Source: Candidatus Marinacidobacterales bacterium (lineage in GTDB: Bacteria > Acidobacteriota > Vicinamibacteria > Marinacidobacterales > SMYC01). Taken from it: a stretch of DNA of 64,000 nucleotides. A program made the translations under genes and the position numbers. The notes below the pieces were generated by a model that did no database searches, was not told the DNA's origin, and saw only the letters and a list, made by a program, of their open reading frames with translations. Below are positions 32,659 through 43,229 of this stretch, piece by piece. The stretch's first letter is position 1; each line of letters starts with the position of its first letter. The stretch covers positions 2,239,424-2,303,423 of the forward strand of contig CBDCYI010000005.1 of NCBI GenBank assembly GCA_965224085.1, given 5' to 3'.

Positions 32659-33745
32659 TGCCTTGGTGCACAACTCGCGATCTCGGTCCACAATTGTCCT
32701 TTACTCACGGATTCGAGGTTCCCCATGAGCATTTTCAAACGCACTCAGCGGAAGTATGTGAAGAAGGCCTATCGCGTGAGGAATTGGCGTGAATATGAGG
32801 CGGGTCTACGCAACCGTGGGAGCCTGACCGTCTGGATCTCGCTCACCGCCGGCAAGCTTGTGAACTGGGACGCGCCCCGGCCGAGGAAGAGGAACCCGGG
32901 CCGTCAACGCAAGTACTCGAACCACGCCATCGAGACGGCTGTCACCCTGGGCATGGTGTTTCATCTGTCATCTAGACAGAGCGAGGGATTGCTGCGATCG
33001 TTGTTCGCTCTGATGAAGCTAGACAATGATGTGCCCGATCACACCACGATCTCGAGGCGCAAGGCGAAGCTGGGTAAGGTCCCCTTCTACCAAGACAAGC
33101 AGAAGACGCCGTTGCACATCTTGATCGACAGCAGCGGTCTCGCTGTCCACGCCGGCCAGCTGCGCAGAGCACCAAATAGCAGGGACTATCGCAAGCTCCA
33201 TCTGTGTGTCGACGAGCAGACTGGCGAAGTCGTCGCCTGCGAGCTGACGAGCAAAAGAGCCCGCGATTCATCGCGGGTTGCATCGCTTGTCGGACAGAGC
33301 GACAGTCCCATCTCATCGGCCAGAGCTGACACCGCATACGACGCCAGCGGCGTCTATGAGGCAATCGAGAATCACAGCGCTCATCGCTCGCCGAGGGTGC
33401 TGATACCGCCGCGCAAGGGCGCCCAGCTCGCATCGGGGCCGGCGAGCAGCCGACAGCGCAATCGCAACATTGCAGCACAAGCTCGGCTCGGCAAACGAAA
33501 GTGGCACACAGAATCGGGCTACAGCAAACGGAGCAAAGTCGAGACAACGTTCCATCGCTACAAGGCTATCGTGGGCTCAGCAATGCGAGCGAGAGGGTTG
33601 GCGGCACAGAGAGTCGAGGCAAGGATCGGGTGCAAGATTCTCAACACCATGACGGCGCTCGGGATGCCTGATAGCGAGATGATCGGATGATGGGAGTCGG
33701 GGCCAAGCGAGCTCTCGGCCTCTATCGGAGTTGTGCACCAAGGCA
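32659..33745 (+). mobile_element. IS5 family (IS903 group) element, copy 2, inverted relative to copy 1
   Basis: Same 18-bp TIR, same length (1087 bp), nearly identical sequence. Confidence 0.92.
32725..33690 (+). CDS. IS5 family transposase
   Basis: 321 aa, differs from 13233..14198 at about 8 residues. Confidence 0.95.
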   Translation: MSIFKRTQRKYVKKAYRVRNWREYEAGLRNRGSLTVWISLTAGKLVNWDAPRPRKRNPGRQRKYSNHAIETAVTLGMVFHLSSRQSEGLLRSLFALMKLDNDVPDHTTISRRKAKLGKVPFYQDKQKTPLHILIDSSGLAVHAGQLRRAPNSRDYRKLHLCVDEQTGEVVACELTSKRARDSSRVASLVGQSDSPISSARADTAYDASGVYEAIENHSAHRSPRVLIPPRKGAQLASGPASSRQRNRNIAAQARLGKRKWHTESGYSKRSKVETTFHRYKAIVGSAMRARGLAAQRVEARIGCKILNTMTALGMPDSEMIG

Positions 33746-34378
33746 TCGGCTCGCTCGAGAAAACCGTTTCTTTGGACCCGGCTCACGCTGACGCCCTGGA
33801 CGGTCGTGGACCGCCTCCTCTCACTTCGGAACCCTCCGGGAGATGCTCTCTGGCTTTCGGCTCGGCTCCACCTTCTCGAAAACAACTTGCCGGAAGCGAT
33901 CGACGCCTTTCATGGCGTGCTCGCCATCGATTCGGATCCGCCTGCGGCCCTCATGAAGGAGCTCGCGACCGCTCTGGCTTTGAACGAGCAGATCGACGAG
34001 GCCGAGATTTACTTCCGACAGGCCGTCGAGAAGGAACCGTTATTGGCGGGAGCCCATGCCGGGCTCGGGGCTCTCCTGGAGTCGACGAAGCGGCTTATGG
34101 AAGCCGAGCGAAGCTATCGCCGCGCCCTCGAAATCAATCCTGATCTTCTCGCCGCGCAACAGCTACTGGGCGAGCTTCTTCTGCTGCGGGGCAAGGCGGA
34201 GGAAGCGGCAAAGCTCTTTCGGAGGAGCGTGGTCCTGAACCCGGCAGCGGCGCTTCTGCGGCGCAACCACGCCCGGGCGCTTCTGCGACTCGGAAAAGCA
34301 GAGGAGGCCGAGGCGGAGTTCGAAAAGGCTCGAAAGATCGATGCCCGACAGAAACCTCGGATGGATTTAGGGCCGTAG
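33746..34378 (+). pseudogene. 3' part of a TPR protein gene cut by IS5
   Basis: TPR repeats (EAEIYFRQAVEKEP, EAERSYRRALEINP); no own start; frameshift near 33797. Confidence 0.75.
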
Positions 34379-34607
34379 CTCATTCATGGGTTACCAGAAA
34401 TGGTTAGGAGAGCTGCAACGTTCACGTACATCACTCTTGGCCGGCTCCGCTCCTACGCCCCGTTCGCGCGAGGCCGAGTGAGGTTACCACACCTTTCGCA
34501 TTCCGCCGGTAATCGAGCGCCGGTAGTAGGGTTGCCGATGTCTGGAGGCCGCCTACGGGCACCGCTCTATGCTATCCTCGGGGACGCCGTTTTCAGGAGC
34601 AAAGATT

Positions 34608-35357
34608 GTGAACGGAAGTCTCAGAGCTTTCATTGCTGCCGCTATCTGGATCGGCGCCGCCCAGGACAACGCGCCGCGCGACATCATCGACCGTGTCGAT
34701 CGTATCCTCCGAGGCGAATCGAGCCGCGGCACCGCAACGATGGAAGTCATCACCGAACACTGGAGCCGCAGCGTCACGATGGAATTGTGGTCTCTCGGCA
34801 CCGACTATTCGCTCGTGCGCGTCACCGCGCCTGCGAAAGAAGCCGGCACCGCGACGCTCAAAGCGGAGCAGGACATCTGGAACTATCTGCCCAAAGTCGA
34901 CCGCACGATCAAAGTGCCTGCTTCGATGATGTCGGGCTCGTGGATGGGCTCGCACTTCACCAATGATGATCTCGTCAAGGAAAGCCGTCTCATCGAAGAC
35001 TACACTATCGAGACGAGCTTCGAGGGAGACCGTGACGGCGTCCCGGTGTGGGAGTTCAAGTTGACGCCCAAGCCCGAAGCGGCCATCGTGTGGGGCTATA
35101 TCGCGTATCAAATCCGCAAGAACGACACCATGCCGATTTGGGCGCGCTACTACGACGAGGACGGTGAACTGGCCCGCACTCTCGAGTTCAGCGATTTTCG
35201 GAACATGGGCGGCCGGCTCGTTCCCGCCAAGATGGACATGCAGCCGGCGGACAAGCCTGGCGAGCGCACCACGATGCTCTACGACGATCTCGAATTCGAT
35301 GTCGACCTCGAAAAGTCGTTCTTCTCACTGCAGGTGTTGAAGCGCAGACGGCGATGA
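34608..35357 (+). CDS. outer membrane lipoprotein-sorting (LolA-like) protein
   Basis: PAKEAGTATLK, WNYLPKVDRTIK, SWMGSHFTNDDLVKES. Confidence 0.88.
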   Translation: MNGSLRAFIAAAIWIGAAQDNAPRDIIDRVDRILRGESSRGTATMEVITEHWSRSVTMELWSLGTDYSLVRVTAPAKEAGTATLKAEQDIWNYLPKVDRTIKVPASMMSGSWMGSHFTNDDLVKESRLIEDYTIETSFEGDRDGVPVWEFKLTPKPEAAIVWGYIAYQIRKNDTMPIWARYYDEDGELARTLEFSDFRNMGGRLVPAKMDMQPADKPGERTTMLYDDLEFDVDLEKSFFSLQVLKRRRR

Positions 35358-36616
35358 CGCCTTCCTCCCCCTGGTGGCTCATCGGTTGGCGGAATCTCGC
35401 TCGCAACCGCCGGCGCACATTCATCACAGCGCTCGGTCTCGGAGTCGGCTATTTCGCCGTCGTATTCATCGTCGGCTGGGCGGATGGGCTCACCGCGCAG
35501 ATGGTCAAAAACGGCACTGGCCTGGTGAACGGACAGCTGCAAGTGCACGCTTCGGATTACCGGCCGGAGCGCAGTCTGTACGAGACGATTGGCGGGCGCG
35601 TGGGCACCGACGTCTCGGCGATCGTCGACGCGGTTGCGGCAGACCCGGCCGTGGTTGCGGCGGCGCCGCGGGTCTATGCCGGCGGCCTCGTGAGCTCGGG
35701 AGAGACGACCTCGGCCGGCATGCTCATGGGGATCGATGTCGAGCGCGAGTCCGACGTCAGCCGGATCCTCTCCTCCATCGAAGAAGGACAGGTGCCGCGT
35801 CCAGGCCGGAACGAGATCGTTGTCGGCCACGAGATGGCTCGCCAGCTCGCCGTTTCAATGGGCGACGAAGTCGTCATCGTCGTGCCCGCTGCGGATGGCT
35901 CGATGGGAAACGACCTCTTCCGCGTCGCGGGCATCTACCGCTCGGGAATGGCCGAGCTCGACAATGCCTACGGCCTCGTCCCAATCGACGTGCTGCAAAC
36001 GCTCCTCGTGCTCGAGCCCGGACGCATCCACGAAGTGGCGGCAGCGACGTCCGAGCCCTGGGGCGCCACCGAAGCCGCGAAACGCATCGCCGTAGCGCTC
36101 ACGCCACAGGCACTCGAAATCGAAGTCGTGCCTTGGACGGTGCTCCGGCCCGAGATGCTCGACTATACGCGCCTCATCGAATCCTGGTACTTCATTATTA
36201 TAGGTATTGTTTTCATCATCGCGATTTTCGGGGTGGCGAACACGATGCTCATGGCCACCTTCGAGAGGCGCCGAGAAATTGCGGTCATGCTCGCGCTCGG
36301 TACGACGCCCCTCCAAGTGGTGCGGACGGTTTTGTACGAAGCGGTGGCGCTCGGGGTCACGAGCCTCATCGTCGGCGCCTCCGTGACGTTTCCTCTCATG
36401 TTTTGGTGGCATAACGCGCCGCTGGATCTTTCCTGGATTTACGGGAACGTGACGATGTTCGGCGCGCTCATCCGCCCGACGCTGCGGGTGGAGTACAACT
36501 TCGCCATGGCCTTTTGGGCTGCGGTCGCGCTCCTGTTAACGGCAGTCGTCGCTGCGCTCTATCCGGCCGCGCACGCGTCACGGCTTCCGCCGGCCGATAC
36601 CCTTTCAGGTCTATGA
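35354..36616 (+). CDS. ABC transporter permease (FtsX/LolE-like)
   Basis: WRNLARNRRRT, NTMLMATFERRREIAVMLALG, LYPA. Confidence 0.92.
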   Translation: MTPSSPWWLIGWRNLARNRRRTFITALGLGVGYFAVVFIVGWADGLTAQMVKNGTGLVNGQLQVHASDYRPERSLYETIGGRVGTDVSAIVDAVAADPAVVAAAPRVYAGGLVSSGETTSAGMLMGIDVERESDVSRILSSIEEGQVPRPGRNEIVVGHEMARQLAVSMGDEVVIVVPAADGSMGNDLFRVAGIYRSGMAELDNAYGLVPIDVLQTLLVLEPGRIHEVAAATSEPWGATEAAKRIAVALTPQALEIEVVPWTVLRPEMLDYTRLIESWYFIIIGIVFIIAIFGVANTMLMATFERRREIAVMLALGTTPLQVVRTVLYEAVALGVTSLIVGASVTFPLMFWWHNAPLDLSWIYGNVTMFGALIRPTLRVEYNFAMAFWAAVALLLTAVVAALYPAAHASRLPPADTLSGL

Positions 36617-37890
36617 GCAAACACGTCCACGTCATCTCGAAACTCGCGGTGCGCAACATTCGCCGTCATTTTGGGCGAAGTCTTTTGACGTCGCTCGCGA
36701 TGATCGTCGGCGGCACGCTTTTGATGATCACACTACCTCTGGGAGACGGCACGCACGAGGCGTGGATCGAGTCGGCGGTACGCATGGGAGGCGGGCACCT
36801 CACGATTCAGGACCCCGAGTTCCAACTGAGCCGCAAGATCGAAGACCGATTGCCAGCGGATGCTCGCAAGGCGGCGGAAAATGCGCTCTCGCAAGCCGGC
36901 ATCACCGATGCTGTCATTATCGCGACCCCGCAGCTCACCATTGGCGGCCTCGCGAGCTCGGCTTCGGGGGCACGTCCGGCGCAGATCGTCGGCGTCGATC
37001 CAAAGTCCGAAACGGCGTTCACGATCCTGAACGAGAAAGTGGTCGAGGGCCGCTATTTGGAAGCGGACGATCGTCTCGCCGCTTTTGTCGGTGCCGGCCT
37101 CGTGGAGAGTCTCGAGCTCAGGATCGGATCGCGATTCGTCGTCACCGCGCAGGACGCAGAAGGTGAGATTGCCGGCCAGCTTTTACGAGTCGTCGGCATC
37201 TTTCGCTCCGGCGTTCCCGAAATCGACCAGTCGCTCATCCACATCCCGCTGCGAACGGCAGGAGAGTGGCTCCACTCTTCTGACGACATAACGAACATCG
37301 CGGTCCTTCTCGATGGGAGCGGTTCGGTCGAACGCGTGCGGCGTCAACTACGCCGAGCGCTTGAGCAACCCATCGGCGAAGGTGCTTTGACCGTTGTGGG
37401 CTGGCGCGAGGCGATGCCCGAGCTCGATGCTGTCGTTCGGATCGACGATTTCGGCAACTATATGTTCCAGGGCATCCTCTTCACCATCATCGCCCTTGGC
37501 ATCGTAAACACGATTCTCATGTCGGTGCTGCACCGCTACCGTGAGTTCGGTGTGCTGCAAGCGCTCGGCCTCACGCCGCGGCAGACGGGAAGCCTCGTTC
37601 TCATCGAAGGATTGATACTCACGGTGGTGAGTGGGGTGGTGGGGATTGCATGCGGCCTGTTCATCACTTGGTTTTTTTGGGGCGAAGGTTTGGACATCTC
37701 GGCGATGTGGAACGAGGAATGGAGCTTCTCGGGTGTCGTGATGGATCCGGTCATCGTCCCGCGCTTCCGTATGGCCCGCGTCATTCAAGCCATTGTTTTC
37801 ATGTTGACGGTGGGAGCGCTCGCTTCCATCTATCCCGCTGTGCGCGCCGCGCGCGTCGACGTCGCGGAAGCGATGAAATTCGAGAGATGA
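36613..37890 (+). CDS. ABC transporter permease (FtsX/LolE-like)
   Basis: RNIRRHFGRS, NTILMSVLHRYREFGVLQALG, IYPA. Confidence 0.92.
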   Translation: MSKHVHVISKLAVRNIRRHFGRSLLTSLAMIVGGTLLMITLPLGDGTHEAWIESAVRMGGGHLTIQDPEFQLSRKIEDRLPADARKAAENALSQAGITDAVIIATPQLTIGGLASSASGARPAQIVGVDPKSETAFTILNEKVVEGRYLEADDRLAAFVGAGLVESLELRIGSRFVVTAQDAEGEIAGQLLRVVGIFRSGVPEIDQSLIHIPLRTAGEWLHSSDDITNIAVLLDGSGSVERVRRQLRRALEQPIGEGALTVVGWREAMPELDAVVRIDDFGNYMFQGILFTIIALGIVNTILMSVLHRYREFGVLQALGLTPRQTGSLVLIEGLILTVVSGVVGIACGLFITWFFWGEGLDISAMWNEEWSFSGVVMDPVIVPRFRMARVIQAIVFMLTVGALASIYPAVRAARVDVAEAMKFER

Positions 37891-37894
37891 TCGC

Positions 37895-38581
37895 ATGACA
37901 ACGGCGGTGCGTACGGATGCGGTGTGGAAGGTCTTTGAGCAGGAGGCCGAAGAAGTGCAGGCCGTGCGCGGCGTGACGCTCACCATCGAGGGAGGGGAGT
38001 TCACCGCGTTTGCCGGTCCTTCGGGCTCCGGCAAAACCACATTGCTCAACTTGATAGGCGGGCTCACGCGGCCGACCAAAGGCCGCGTTTTCGTTGCCGA
38101 GCGAGATCTGACGAAAATGTCGAACGTCGAGCTCGCCAAGCTTCGTCTCGAGCAAGTCGGCTTCGTCTTCCAAGCGTACAACCTCTTGCCCGTGCTAACG
38201 GCGCTCGAGAATGCCGAGTTTCCTTTGTTGCTTCAAGGTGTCGAGGAGGCTGAGAGGCAAGCGAGGGTGCGGGAGCTTTTCGAGCGCACTGGGCTCAAAG
38301 GACTCGAGAACCGCCGGCCGGGGAAACTCTCCGGCGGACAGCAACAGCGGGTCGCGGTCGTGCGTGCGGTCGCCTCTACGCCGGCGCTCGTTCTCGCGGA
38401 CGAGCCCACGGCGAACCTCGACACGACAGCGAGCGAAGCCCTTCTCGACATGATGCTCGAGCTCAATCAAGAGCTCGGTACGACCTTCGTCTTCGCCACG
38501 CATGACGCACGCGTGATGGAACGCTCGCGGCGTCTCGTGCGTCTCCTCGACGGCTCCATTCATTCCGACGAGACGCGTTGA
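37895..38581 (+). CDS. ABC transporter ATP-binding protein (LolD-like)
   Basis: GPSGSGKTT, LSGGQQQRVA, LADEPT, ATHD. Confidence 0.96.
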   Translation: MTTAVRTDAVWKVFEQEAEEVQAVRGVTLTIEGGEFTAFAGPSGSGKTTLLNLIGGLTRPTKGRVFVAERDLTKMSNVELAKLRLEQVGFVFQAYNLLPVLTALENAEFPLLLQGVEEAERQARVRELFERTGLKGLENRRPGKLSGGQQQRVAVVRAVASTPALVLADEPTANLDTTASEALLDMMLELNQELGTTFVFATHDARVMERSRRLVRLLDGSIHSDETR

Positions 38582-39753
38582 CCCGGCACTTTTTCGCCGC
38601 TCTAGCGCTCGTTGCCTCGAGTGGAAACGCTCTCGCCCAGACCCGACCGGTGACGTTCTACTATCAGAACGTGCCTCTCTGGAGTGGCCATACGCCTATC
38701 ATCGATGGCGGGTTGAGCGACTTCAACCGGTTTCGCGTGACGAGCGACCCGAGCTTCGGAGACTTCTCGTTCCGCATTGCCTACGAGCAAGTCGCGACGT
38801 TTCGAGAGAGCGATGGTCGTGGCCTCTTCATTGGCGGGGTCCCAACCGGCGGCGAGTGGCTCGATCTGCAATGGACCCTCGTCGATGAGGAACACGTTTT
38901 GTGGCAGCATCGGCTCGATCGACTCGAAGTGAGCTGGAGTCCGACGACTGCCTTCGAGCTCACGGCGGGCCGCCAGGTCGTGTCGTGGGCGACGACGCTC
39001 TTTCTCACACCGACGGACCCGTTCTCACCCTTCAGTCCCGCCGATCCGTTTCGCGTGTTTCGTGCGGGCGTCGACGCTGTACGCGCCCGTGTCTATCCCG
39101 GCCCGCTGAGCGAGCTCGATCTCGTCGTGCGCCCGACGAAGAACGACGGCGTGGGTGAAGAGCTCACCATTGTCGGGCGTGGGCTCACGACTTGGCACAA
39201 CTGGGAGATCTCGGGCTGGGGAGGCTCGCTCTACGGCGATGTGGCTGGAGCTTTCGGGGCGAGCGGATCGGTCGGAAGCTCCGCGCTTCGCGGTGAAGCT
39301 GTGATTCGCGAAGTCGACGGAGAGGTCGTGTTCCGCGGCACGATCGGCTTCGACCATCAGTTCACGGTCTCGAAAAGGGACCTCTACGTCGTGCTCGAGT
39401 ACCAGCACGACGGTCTCGCTGCGTCGAGTCCCAGTGAATATTCCGAGCTTCTGCAATCGGGTCCATTTCTGAGAGGAGAGCTTCAGGTTTTCGGTCGAAA
39501 CGAAACGGTCGCTCAAGCGTCGTTTCAAGTCCATCCATTGTGGAGCCTCGCGGCACTCGGTCTCTGGAATTTGAACGACGGGAGCTTCCTGCTCTCACCC
39601 AGCTTTTCGCGCTCGCTCAGCAACGAAGCGAGCGTGACCGGCGGGGCGTTCTTTGGTTTTGGCGACGACCTGGCGACCACGCTCGAGCCGTTGCCTTCGG
39701 AATACGGGTCTGTCGCGGCGACCTTATACCTTTCGTTCAGCTTGTTTTTCTAA
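38578..39753 (+). CDS. putative outer membrane protein of the ABC/LolA-like operon
   Basis: Signal peptide, LDRL...GRQVVSW...PTD.F...GVDA, terminal Phe. Confidence 0.75.
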   Translation: MTRHFFAALALVASSGNALAQTRPVTFYYQNVPLWSGHTPIIDGGLSDFNRFRVTSDPSFGDFSFRIAYEQVATFRESDGRGLFIGGVPTGGEWLDLQWTLVDEEHVLWQHRLDRLEVSWSPTTAFELTAGRQVVSWATTLFLTPTDPFSPFSPADPFRVFRAGVDAVRARVYPGPLSELDLVVRPTKNDGVGEELTIVGRGLTTWHNWEISGWGGSLYGDVAGAFGASGSVGSSALRGEAVIREVDGEVVFRGTIGFDHQFTVSKRDLYVVLEYQHDGLAASSPSEYSELLQSGPFLRGELQVFGRNETVAQASFQVHPLWSLAALGLWNLNDGSFLLSPSFSRSLSNEASVTGGAFFGFGDDLATTLEPLPSEYGSVAATLYLSFSLFF

Positions 39754-40225
39754 CGAGAGCGCTTTACGAATGCACGACCGTAGTGGTCGAACAAGCGATT
39801 GACCGCCTCCGCAGCCGCACCGTTACCCCAGTCATAGATGGTGAAGACGCCCATCCCCATCCCTTCGGGGCTCGTCTTTCCGCCGTGGCCGTAATTCTCC
39901 ATCGTGAAGCCGTAATCCGCGGGCCCGAAGAAGGGGTGCCGCTTCTCCCACTGGGCCTGCGTTTTCGGGTTCTCGGGTGCATACATCATGACGAAAGACG
40001 CTCGGAGCGCCGCGAGCCCGCGCTTCGTGTACTCGTCGAGGTCGAGCTGCTCTCCGAAGCGAAGGATGATCTCGGAAAAGAGACTTGCGCGGGAATCGTT
40101 CCACTCCCCGTCGCTGTTCATGACCCCGAAACCGCCGAGAACGTTCACGTACATGAAAGGCGGCTGCCACGAGGCCTGCGTCATGAGAAGCTCGTCGAGC
40201 ACGCGCCGGTCAAGCTCGAGATAGA
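39750..40225 (-). pseudogene. 3' fragment of a conserved hypothetical gene
   Basis: GGFGVMNSDGEWNDSR...MENYGH...DWGNG; the 5' part is replaced by an integrase fragment. Confidence 0.6.
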
Positions 40226-40767
40226 AGGTCGATTGTTTGCTTCACTCCGTTAACTCCGTCAAACACCGCGCGATTCTCATGAGCGCCTACGGCGCCGGGC
40301 TGCGCGTTTCCGAGGTGTGCTGTCTGAAGCACTCCGACATCGACTCCAAACGCATGCTCTTGCACATTCGTCACGCCAAGAACTCCAAGGCCCGCTATGT
40401 CACGCTCAGCGAACGTTTGTTGAGCTTCCTGCGCTACTACTGGAAAACCACTCGCCCTCGCGGAGAGTACTTGTTTCCCGGCCGTAATCCTGGTGCCCAC
40501 ATCTCAGACGATGGCGTTCGCTGGGCTCTTCGTAAGGCCGTGGCTGAGGCGGGGCTCACCAAACGTATCACTCCTCATTCGCTGCGCCACGGTTTTGCCA
40601 CACATATGCTCGAACTGGGTGAAGACATTCGTACCGTGCAGCAACTGCTCGGTCATGCCTCCATCCAGACCACGGCCCGTTACACAAAGGTAACAGCAAA
40701 GCACTTGGGGCGCATCAAGAGCCCTCTCGATTTGCTGGGAACGAAGAAGGGCAAAAAGCTCGGCTAG
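40226..40767 (+). pseudogene. tyrosine recombinase catalytic-domain fragment
   Basis: YGAGLRVSE, HSLRHGFATH, LLGH, TARY; N-terminal domain absent. Confidence 0.85.
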
Positions 40768-42050
40768 CTCATCATGCAGCCCCATGGGCTGTGTCCTTCC
40801 CGCGTCGAGTCACCACCACCGTGGCCAGCCAAAAAGAGCGGACAGCGCTTGTGGTTGTGAACGTGCGGGTTGCCCATTGGAGAGCCGTAGAGGATCAGCG
40901 CCTTTTCCAAGAGATTCGAGTCGCCCTCGGGTGTGTCACGGAGCCTTTCGAGGAAGTACGGGATGGTGCTGACGTGGTACCGGTTGATCTTCGCGAACTC
41001 CTCGATCCGCTCCTCTCGCTCGCCGTGATGCGAGGCCGGGTGAAACCCAGTGTTGACGCCGGTCTCCGGGTAGACACGGCCCGAAACGTCTCGCCCCATC
41101 TTGAACGCGAACACCCGAGTAATGTCCGACGCGAACGCTGCCGCTTGCAGGTCGAACATCAACTTGACGTGCTCATCGAACGAGTCCGGCACACCGACGG
41201 GCGCATCGGGCAGCTCTCTCTCCTCCCCGCTCGCGTTTTGCGCCTCGATCCTCTGGATCCGCCGCTCGATCTCGCGAATGTTCTCGAGATAATCGTCGAG
41301 CCGGTTGCGGTCGGCCGGCTCCAGGTCGTTCTTCAAACTAGCCACCTGGTTGGTGACATAGTCAAGAATGCTGCGATCGGTCCGGCGCCTGGCTGCCCGC
41401 TCTTCCGGCGTTCCGCCGGAGCCGAACATCTGGTCGAAAACGACCCGGGGGTTCCTGATCATCGGGAGCGGATCGGTCGGCGACCCCCAGCTGATCGCGT
41501 CCGTGTAGGTACAGGCATAACCGTATTGGCATCCGCCCGCCTGGTTCACGTTCTCGATCGCGAGCTGCATCGACGGAATGGGCGTGTCTTGACCGAACCG
41601 CCGGGCGTAGAGCTGATCCATCGACGTCCCAACGTGGACGTCCGAGCCTTCTGTCTGCTTCGGGTGAGACTGCGTCAGGAACACCGCGCTCGAACGAAAA
41701 TGGTCGCCGCCTATCTCGGGCAGCGTGAAGGCCTCGGCATTGCGTACGTCCGTGTTGCTGACGATCGTCAAGTAATCCCGAAACGGCTCGAGCGGACTCA
41801 AGCTGCTCGGGGTGAGGTCGAACGCACTGCCTTCGGCCGCCGGCGCCCACAGGTTCTTTTCTATCCCGTATTTGGTGCTGCCGGCCGAACCGTGGACCAT
41901 TTCGATGCACACCAGGCGAGCCGGGTCAGCTGTCGGCTTGCCAAACGCGCTCCGGGCCGGCACCATGGCTTCGAGCAACGGCAGTGACACCGCCGCGCCC
42001 ATGCCCCGAAGTATCGTGCGGCGAGAGATATGCTTGTTAGTAATGTACAT
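40764..42050 (-). CDS. DUF1552 domain protein, 3'-truncated
   Basis: ISRRTILRGMG...LPLLEAM Tat-like start, TSMDQL, NPRVVFDQMFG, HPASHHG; the frame runs into unrelated sequence near 40810. Confidence 0.85.
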   Translation of the reverse strand: MYITNKHISRRTILRGMGAAVSLPLLEAMVPARSAFGKPTADPARLVCIEMVHGSAGSTKYGIEKNLWAPAAEGSAFDLTPSSLSPLEPFRDYLTIVSNTDVRNAEAFTLPEIGGDHFRSSAVFLTQSHPKQTEGSDVHVGTSMDQLYARRFGQDTPIPSMQLAIENVNQAGGCQYGYACTYTDAISWGSPTDPLPMIRNPRVVFDQMFGSGGTPEERAARRRTDRSILDYVTNQVASLKNDLEPADRNRLDDYLENIREIERRIQRIEAQNASGEERELPDAPVGVPDSFDEHVKLMFDLQAAAFASDITRVFAFKMGRDVSGRVYPETGVNTGFHPASHHGEREERIEEFAKINRYHVSTIPYFLERLRDTPEGDSNLLEKALILYGSPMGNPHVHNHKRCPLFLAGHGGGDSTREGHSPWGCMMS

Positions 42051-42061
42051 TCTTTTTAGGG

Positions 42062-43229
42062 TGTGCCTTCTATTTATTCATCCGCGCGCACCAAACTTGA
42101 TTAATCTCCGGTCTGCCAGCACCATGTCGGCATGATTTCGTCGTTGGTTCCCGCTCTCATCTCTGCCTTCAAGGCTCGTCGCGAGCTGGCTCTCGAGAAT
42201 GTCGCTCTTCGCCAGCAGCTCGCCGTCCTCCGCCGTTCCGTGAAACGGCCGCGGCTCTCGAATGTCGACCGCGGGTTTTGGGTGCTGTTGCGCAGAATCT
42301 GGACTGACTGGGAGAGCGTCCTCGTCATCGTGAAACCTGAGACGGTCATCCGCTGGCACCGTTGTGGGTTCAGACGATATTGGACTTGGAAGAGCCGACG
42401 GCGTAGGCCCGGACGACCAGGCGTCGCTCCCGAAATACGTGAGCTGATTCGGAACATGAGCAGGGCCAACCCGCTCTGGGGAGCTCCCCGCGTGCATGGC
42501 GAGCTGGCAAAGCTGGGCATCTCCATTTCCCAGGCCGCCGTCTCCAAGTATATGGTTCGCCATCGCACGCCACCGTCCCCTACTTGGCGGAGCTTTCTTG
42601 ATAATCATGCAAACGACTTGGTGTCGCTCGACTTGTTCACTTTGCCGACCGCAACCTTCAGAGTTCTGTTCGTCTTCATCGTCCTTCGCCACGAGCGTCG
42701 CCGTATCGTTCATTTCAATGTCACCGAACATCCTTCTGCCGAGTGGACGGCGCAGCAAATGGTCAATGCTTTTCCATGGGACACGGCGCCTCGGTACCTG
42801 GTACGGGATCGAGACCAGACCTACGGAGCGTACTTCGATACTCGCGTCGACGGTCTCGGGATCGAGCAGGTCCTTACCGCACCGCGCTCCCCGTGGCAGA
42901 ATCCATTTGTCGAAAGGATAATCGGCTCCATTCGACGTGAGTGCCTCGACCACGTGATCGTCCTCGACGAGCGGCACCTGAAGCGAATCCTACACAAATA
43001 CGTCGACTACTATCATTCGTGCCGGACTCATTTGTCGCTTGAGAAGGACGCGCCTGAGCCTCGCCTGGTAGAGTCACCGGCGATGGGCAAAGTGAGAGCC
43101 ATTCCAAAGGTCGGTGGTCTCCATCATTATTACACTCGACACGCCGCTGCTTGAGCCGGTCCGCTCGGAACGGCTGCCGGACTTCGCACCAGCTTACACC
43201 TCTACCCCTGAGTAGAGCCGACGCCGGCT
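42062..43229 (+). mobile_element. rve/integrase-core IS (type Z), copy 1; right end missing
   Basis: Begins TGTGCCTTCTATTTATTCATCC (also at 48809 and, inverted, ending 52115); identity with copy 2 stops near 43228. Confidence 0.75.
42132..43154 (+). CDS. integrase core domain (rve) DDE transposase, type Z
   Basis: [52 protein letters not shown]. Confidence 0.92.
   Translation: MISSLVPALISAFKARRELALENVALRQQLAVLRRSVKRPRLSNVDRGFWVLLRRIWTDWESVLVIVKPETVIRWHRCGFRRYWTWKSRRRRPGRPGVAPEIRELIRNMSRANPLWGAPRVHGELAKLGISISQAAVSKYMVRHRTPPSPTWRSFLDNHANDLVSLDLFTLPTATFRVLFVFIVLRHERRRIVHFNVTEHPSAEWTAQQMVNAFPWDTAPRYLVRDRDQTYGAYFDTRVDGLGIEQVLTAPRSPWQNPFVERIIGSIRRECLDHVIVLDERHLKRILHKYVDYYHSCRTHLSLEKDAPEPRLVESPAMGKVRAIPKVGGLHHYYTRHAAA

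Noticed and set aside
34385-34560. Intergenic hairpin CACTC(T)TGGCC...GGCCGAGTG as an ncRNA
   Set aside because: Single weak stem with no second copy or other support.
40226-40767. Integron integrase serving the downstream array
   Set aside because: Truncated, and lacks the IntI-specific insertion before the HxLRH box.
42078-42977. Long antisense ORF (also 54194..54910) as a real gene
   Set aside because: Fully antisense to the rve transposase, present twice only because the element is duplicated, no recognisable motifs.
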